Below, in pieces: positions 58,975 through 64,000 of a stretch of DNA of 64,000 bases (positions are counted from its first letter, which is position 1; each line of letters starts with the position of its first letter). The DNA comes from Bdellovibrionales bacterium (lineage in GTDB: Bacteria; Bdellovibrionota; Bdellovibrionia; Bdellovibrionales; UBA1609). The DNA is taken from assembly GCA_965261545.1 (NCBI GenBank), contig CBDHDF010000011.1, positions 768,001 through 832,000 of the forward strand, in the 5' to 3' direction. The translations under genes were made by a program, and so were the position numbers. The notes beneath the pieces are model-generated. The model was given only the letters and a program-made list of their open reading frames with translations. It was not told the DNA's origin and did no database searches.

Positions 58975-60873
58975 CCTGAAATCCCTAAAAGTTGTAACTA
59001 GGTGTAGGACTTAAGTCCTGATTATTGTCTGAGAAGGCCTTCACTTTGATTAAGAGATTGTCATCTCTTCAAAAGCATAGTTACAATATTAACGATGTCA
59101 TACACTTTTGAGCAAAAAAATAAGGGAAAAACCTATGTCTATAAAGTTGAAAGCTTTTGGGACAAGGAAAAAAAGCAGGCCAGGCAAAAACGCATCTACC
59201 TTGGAAGAAAGGATGAGTTTACAGGTCAAATTAAGACCAAAAGAAAAAAGATTCCCATAGGCTCCTATAATGTGGGAGCCTTATTTTTCTTAGAGAAAAT
59301 ATGCGAACAACTAAATCTTCTAAAAACATTGTCTAAAATTTATCCAGATAATTACGAACATTATTTGCATTTAGCTTTTTTTAAAATAATCAAAAGAGAG
59401 CCCTTTTATCTTTACGATATGTGGTGTCAAGAAGCTTATGTTTCAAAGAAAAATTTTATGTCGTCACAAAAAATAAGCAATCTCTTATGTGATCTTGGGA
59501 GAGATCAAAAAAAGATAGAATCTTTCTTTAGCGAATGGATAAATCAAGTGAAGGGTTCTGGTACGGTAATGTTTGACATCACATCCTTTTCTTCCTACTC
59601 TATGAATAATGAATTTTTAGAGAAAGGTTACAACAGAGATGGAGAGAATCTCGAACAAATAAACTTAGGTCTGATAAGTAGGAAATCTGAAGACAATAAA
59701 ACTCATACGCCTATAGCGTACAGAATCTATCCTGGAAGTATACCGGATGTCAAAACTTTATCGAATATTATTGAGATCATAACAAGTTATAAATTAGATT
59801 TAGATTGTTTAGTTATGGATAAGGGTTTTTCTAGTGTAGAAAATATTAAGGGACTGCATCGTAAGGAATTGAAGTATTTGATACCCATGAGTTTTAGAAC
59901 AAAACTCTCAAGAGAGCTTGCTGTGGCTTTAAATGAGAAAATAAAATCTCCATCATGCTCTTTTACTTTTAATGAGGAAATTTATTCGCATTGCAAAGAA
60001 TCAATAAAAATCGGAGGATTTGATTGTACGGCTCATATTTTCTTAGACAAAGAAAGAAGGGTTTATGAGGAATCTGTGTTAATGAAAGAGTTGCTTGATT
60101 TTATGAAACTCTTTCTTGAGAAAGATTTGAAATCAGAAGAACAAGCTAGTTCCTATATGAAAGAAACTTTAGGAAATAAAAAAAGGTTTCTCAATATCTC
60201 TGATTGCACTCCATTTAAGATTTCTTTAAATGAAGAAAATATTAATGAAGAATCTTCTACGCTGGGTATTATGATATTAATTACAAATAGTCATGATTTA
60301 AAGAAAACAAATATATTGAGTTTATATCGAAACAAAGATATCATTGAGAAAGTATTTTTCTCATTCAAGCATGATATTAATGGAAGGAGAAGTCGAGTTC
60401 ATTCTCTCATGAATATGAGGGGAAGCATCTTTATTAATTTTCTCTCTTTAATTTTAATTTCACATATTGATACTGTTATGAAAGATAAGAAGTTATATAA
60501 AAAAATGTCTAAAATAGAAATTTACAAAATGATGGACCGATTAAAATTTTATGAATTAGCTACAGGTGATCTGATGCTTGGAGAGCTGTCTAAAAAACAA
60601 AAGGATATTTTTTCAGCCTTCCAAATAGATGGGCTTCCCAAGACAAAATGATGTTTTTTATCTGTTTCAAATGTGACGGTGGCTGTGGCTACCACTATGC
60701 CTCATCTATCCAATGGGGACGAAGAGGACCTTTCGCAGCAAATTCTTATGAATCATATTAAATATATTAATACTATTAAACCTCTCAAACCGTTGACAGC
60801 AGCCAATTCCATAGGAAGAGAGGAAAGTTAACGCAATACATTAAACCTAGTTACAACTTTTAGGGATTTCAGG
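58975..60873 (+). mobile_element. IS1634-like element B
   Basis: 29-bp IRs CCTGAAATCCCTAAAAGTTGTAACTAGGT; 6-bp TSD GAGTAT. Confidence 0.93.
59095..60651 (+). CDS. IS1634-family transposase
   Basis: FDITS-x-SSYS, GYNRD, QINLGL, MDKGF and YRNKDIIEK-x-F motifs. Confidence 0.9.
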   Translation: MSYTFEQKNKGKTYVYKVESFWDKEKKQARQKRIYLGRKDEFTGQIKTKRKKIPIGSYNVGALFFLEKICEQLNLLKTLSKIYPDNYEHYLHLAFFKIIKREPFYLYDMWCQEAYVSKKNFMSSQKISNLLCDLGRDQKKIESFFSEWINQVKGSGTVMFDITSFSSYSMNNEFLEKGYNRDGENLEQINLGLISRKSEDNKTHTPIAYRIYPGSIPDVKTLSNIIEIITSYKLDLDCLVMDKGFSSVENIKGLHRKELKYLIPMSFRTKLSRELAVALNEKIKSPSCSFTFNEEIYSHCKESIKIGGFDCTAHIFLDKERRVYEESVLMKELLDFMKLFLEKDLKSEEQASSYMKETLGNKKRFLNISDCTPFKISLNEENINEESSTLGIMILITNSHDLKKTNILSLYRNKDIIEKVFFSFKHDINGRRSRVHSLMNMRGSIFINFLSLILISHIDTVMKDKKLYKKMSKIEIYKMMDRLKFYELATGDLMLGELSKKQKDIFSAFQIDGLPKTK

Positions 60874-60882
60874 GAGTATGCC

Positions 60883-61072
60883 ATCTACTGGGATTTACAT
60901 GCCAACAACGAAATCTACCACTCACCCTTACACCCTCAGCCTAGCACCAACCTTACTTAATCCACCCCCCAACCCCTCTTCTAGAGGAAAGGAGCAATCA
61001 CAATGCCAATGTCACCCACAGAAATACAAGAGACTCTCAAAAGCCTTAAGCTTATAGGCATGTTTGAAACAT
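60883..61072. repeat. 190-bp direct repeat flanking IS1634-A (second copy at 62986-63175)
   Basis: ATCTACTGGGATTTAC...GTTTGAAACAT occurs immediately before and immediately after the element. Confidence 0.93.
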
Positions 61073-62985
61073 CCCGAGTTTGACAGCAGCATCTGCGTTA
61101 AAATGCGAAATTTCCAGAAATTGGGGTTGTACTGAAATATAATGGTAGCTGCTGGAAAAATTAAAATTGACGTAAAAAAAGTGTAGAAAACAAAATAGGA
61201 TTTTATCGTTTTAAATATTGATATATCATAGAAATATGTAGAAAATATCCTCATGTACATCCAAACGACTAAAAACTCAAAAGGTCAGTGCTACTACCAC
61301 CTTGTGGAGTCCTACAGAGAAAAAGGCAAATCCAAAAAACGCATGCTCATGTCCTTAGGTAAGGCTGGAGAAGGAGGAGAGGATAAGATTAATAGTTTGG
61401 CGCAGGCCGTATCCCGCCACCGAGAGCTTCTCACTGTGAGTCAATTGGCTAAGGAGCTTTACATCGAAGAGACTTTCATTTTGGGTCCCTTGCTGATTTT
61501 ACAAAAGTTGTTTGATCAACTGGGTATCAATAAGACCCTCAAAGACATAAAAGATTCTCATGAGAAAGTTCAATTTGATTTATGTAAGGTGATTTTTACC
61601 TTAGTTGCCAGCCGATTTATTGCTCCTAGTTCCAAGTTAAAGGTTTTTGAGTATTGGCAAAAATCTTTTTACCCAGACATGATTAAGGGTGATTTGAGTC
61701 TCCAGCATATTTATCGGTCTATGGACTTACTTGCCTCCCATAAGGATGAAATAGAGAACTCGCTTTATTGGGTGGGGCGAGATTTATTTAATTTCCAAGT
61801 AGACATTGTGTTGTATGATTTAACAACCTTACGCTTCGAGAGTACAAGAACAGACTTAGGGAAACTTCGTCAATTTGGCTATAGTAAAGAGAGACGATCA
61901 GACTGCACCCAAGTTGTCTTTGGTTTGTTGGTGAATCGGGATGGCATCCCTTTAGGTTTTGAGGTTTTCCCTGGTAATACTTTTGAAGGCAAGACGCTTT
62001 CAGATATTGTTGATAAAATGAGAAAAAAGTTTAATGTACGCCGTTTCATTTTTGTGGCTGATAGGGGGCTTTTATCAAAGGCTAATACTGACAAACTCAG
62101 TGAGGATCAAAGCGAGTTTATTGTTGGTATGAAGCTTGGATCTTTAAAAAAAGAAAAGAAACAAGAGGTCTATGATTTAAATCGTTTTAGCTGGGTATAT
62201 GAGAATGAGCTTGCTGTTTACGAAACAGACCATGGGGGGCATAGATGTATTGTGACTTGGTCTAGGAAAAGAGCAGAGAGAGATAAAAAATCTAGAGAAT
62301 CCCTTCTTGAAAAGATCGAAGGAAAACTATCTTCTAAAGGTGTTCAGTCTAGTACTTTTGTTTCCAATAAAGGTTATAAGAAATATGTAAAGATGGCTGA
62401 CGACAAAAATAAAAAACCTGAATTAAATGCAGAACAAATAGAATTAGATGAAAAAATTGATGGTTTTTTTGCCGTCCTTACAAATGTCAAAGACTTGACG
62501 GCAGATGAGATTATTATCAACTACAAAGAATTGTGGAAAATTGAAGATGCTTTTGGTGAGTTAAAAGGGACTTTGAAAACACGTCCTGTTTTCCATTGGA
62601 CAGACCAGAGGATTATTGGACATTTAACTCTATGCTTTTTAACTTATCTTTGTGAGGCCCACCTTACAAAATGTTTAAGAGATAAGAAGATGAACCTAAA
62701 AAGCCCAGCCATAGGCATTGGTCATGTTAAAGAGCGACCTTTAACTGTTGTAGAGGCCATGAGGGAACTCAAGGAAGTTAGGGCTATCCCTGTTAAAATT
62801 CGTGATCAAGTCATTTGGACCCGCACAGATATCACTGGCAATGCCAACTCCTTATTTAAAGCCGCAGGCGTCCCCATCCCTCCCAGAATCCTTAATGCCC
62901 ACAAGTGTGGATAAACAAAATACAACTATATGCGTTAATCCTTTAATATCATTCGTTTGACGCAGATGCTGCTGTCAAACTCGGG
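61073..62985 (+). mobile_element. IS1634-family element A, intact copy
   Basis: IRs CCCGAGTTTGACAGCAGCATCTGCGT. Confidence 0.95.
61253..62914 (+). CDS. IS1634-family transposase
   Basis: YDLTT-x-x-FE, GYSKE-x-RSD-x-x-QV, PGNT, VADRG and YKELWKIEDAFGELK-x-x-L-x-x-RPVFHW motifs. Confidence 0.94.
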   Translation: MYIQTTKNSKGQCYYHLVESYREKGKSKKRMLMSLGKAGEGGEDKINSLAQAVSRHRELLTVSQLAKELYIEETFILGPLLILQKLFDQLGINKTLKDIKDSHEKVQFDLCKVIFTLVASRFIAPSSKLKVFEYWQKSFYPDMIKGDLSLQHIYRSMDLLASHKDEIENSLYWVGRDLFNFQVDIVLYDLTTLRFESTRTDLGKLRQFGYSKERRSDCTQVVFGLLVNRDGIPLGFEVFPGNTFEGKTLSDIVDKMRKKFNVRRFIFVADRGLLSKANTDKLSEDQSEFIVGMKLGSLKKEKKQEVYDLNRFSWVYENELAVYETDHGGHRCIVTWSRKRAERDKKSRESLLEKIEGKLSSKGVQSSTFVSNKGYKKYVKMADDKNKKPELNAEQIELDEKIDGFFAVLTNVKDLTADEIIINYKELWKIEDAFGELKGTLKTRPVFHWTDQRIIGHLTLCFLTYLCEAHLTKCLRDKKMNLKSPAIGIGHVKERPLTVVEAMRELKEVRAIPVKIRDQVIWTRTDITGNANSLFKAAGVPIPPRILNAHKCG

Positions 62986-63105
62986 ATCTACTGGGATTTA
63001 CATGCCAACAACGAAATCTACCACTCACCCTTACACCCTCAGCCTAGCACCAACCTTACTTAATCCACCCCCCAACCCCTCTTCTAGAGGAAAGGAGCAA
63101 TCACA

Positions 63106-63465
63106 ATGCCAATGTCACCCACAGAAATACAAGAGACTCTCAAAAGCCTTAAGCTTATAGGCATGTTTGAAACATTTGAGGCTCGAAGCTACCAACACAC
63201 ACAGAATCAACAAAGCCTCCAAGAGACCTTCTCATTGCTCTTACAGGATGAAAAGGACTTCAAGAAAAGCAAAAAATGTGAGAGGCTCCTCAAAGCATCC
63301 AAGCTCACGGAAGAGTCCACCCTCACCGGCTTTGATTGGAATTTTAACCCAAAAATACCTAAGCCAATGATCTTGGAATTAATGAACTTGAAGTTCATCA
63401 AGCAGGGGGAGGGAGCCTTGCTTATTGGCTCCCCTGGAACTGGAAAAAGCCACATTGCAAAAGCT
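63106..63465 (+). pseudogene. istB: IstB 5' part of IS21-C, truncated by IS4-A
   Basis: LK-x-LKL-x-GM, FDWNFNP and GSPGTGKSHIA motifs. Confidence 0.88.
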
Positions 63466-63791
63466 CAATGCCGTTTCCTTAAGCCACCACACCCCTCTGC
63501 CTCTGCGTTAAGCTATTTCTTTTAAAAGAACTCCCAGCCCTTTTGATAGACCTTTCATAGCTTCTTTTGAAGTGCCTCCTCTTCTCCATTGAAATCTTCA
63601 TCAGCAACTTTATCTGCTTCCTAAATTTCTGATAGAGCCCCGCAACAAAAAGAGGGATGCTATCCATTATGAAATCAAGAATCAGTTTAAAGTTAGGTTT
63701 TTTGTAGTCATTTTTTACCAACTGATTCACACTGTCTTCATCCTCATTTATGCTCATTTGAATCTTTGTATAATTGAAGAGCCAAAAATAA
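63466..63791 (-). mobile_element. IS4-A 3' portion, interrupted by ISL3
   Basis: Begins CAATGCCGTTTCC and matches 2332-2657. Confidence 0.9.
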
Positions 63792-64000
63792 GGCTATATC
63801 CGAGTTTCTCGGAGCCTAAAGTCCAAATTCCCTAGGGAAATAGCTAAAAACTGGATGTACAGGTTATTCCTAAGATTTGTACATAAAAACACGGAGGACA
63901 GGGCTACCAAATCACTTGTGTGGAGAGCCGCCGTTATCCACAAGACTCACCCACAGCAGCGCTGCTTTATTGTGGCTCCGAGGGCCATAGCCGCAGCGTC
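63792..64000 (-). mobile_element. ISL3 copy 2 (runs off the window)
   Basis: Matches 34125-34333, including the start of the hairpin module at 63933. Confidence 0.92.

Larger units (their letters stand above)
53754..63465 (+). mobile_element. IS21-family element C, interrupted by IS21-A, IS1634-B and IS1634-A and truncated by IS4-A
   Basis: Left end has GGCAAACCAGGCCATTT repeats. The istA pieces are 53872-55535, 58782-58974 and 60880-60960. istB starts at 61003 and again at 63106. Confidence 0.85.

Overview
This is an AT-rich bacterial window, probably from Bdellovibrionota/Oligoflexia and possibly host-associated (inferred from the gene content). It is undergoing a massive recent insertion-sequence expansion. 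Roughly 70% of the 64 kb is mobile DNA: IS4-like (two types), IS1634-like (three), IS21 (three), IS256, IS66 (two types plus relics), ISL3, ISNCY and a three-gene zinc-ribbon/DDE integrase/ExeA-ATPase transposon. Many are nested, and several lack target duplications, which points to deletions or rearrangements. Surviving host genes are an Rpn/PD-(D/E)XK nuclease, a sigma-32-like factor, galU, a metallophosphoesterase, two conserved hypotheticals, a BspA/DUF285 repeat lipoprotein and a type I-C CRISPR-Cas locus. In that locus cas8c and cas7 are destroyed, cas1 and cas2 are hit only at their extreme 3' ends, and a 6-repeat array remains. The most striking observations are four. (1) A ~90-98 bp hairpin module with DnaA boxes and compensatory base changes is shared by two different IS21 elements and an ISL3 element. 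(2) An ORF-less RmInt1-like group II intron is precisely inserted in one IS1634 copy, and a second, diverged ORF-less intron remnant is also present. (3) One IS1634 copy has a 190-bp target duplication. (4) An IS4-type transposase frame lacks a canonical start for its N-terminus in every copy. All calls were made by eye, without database searches.
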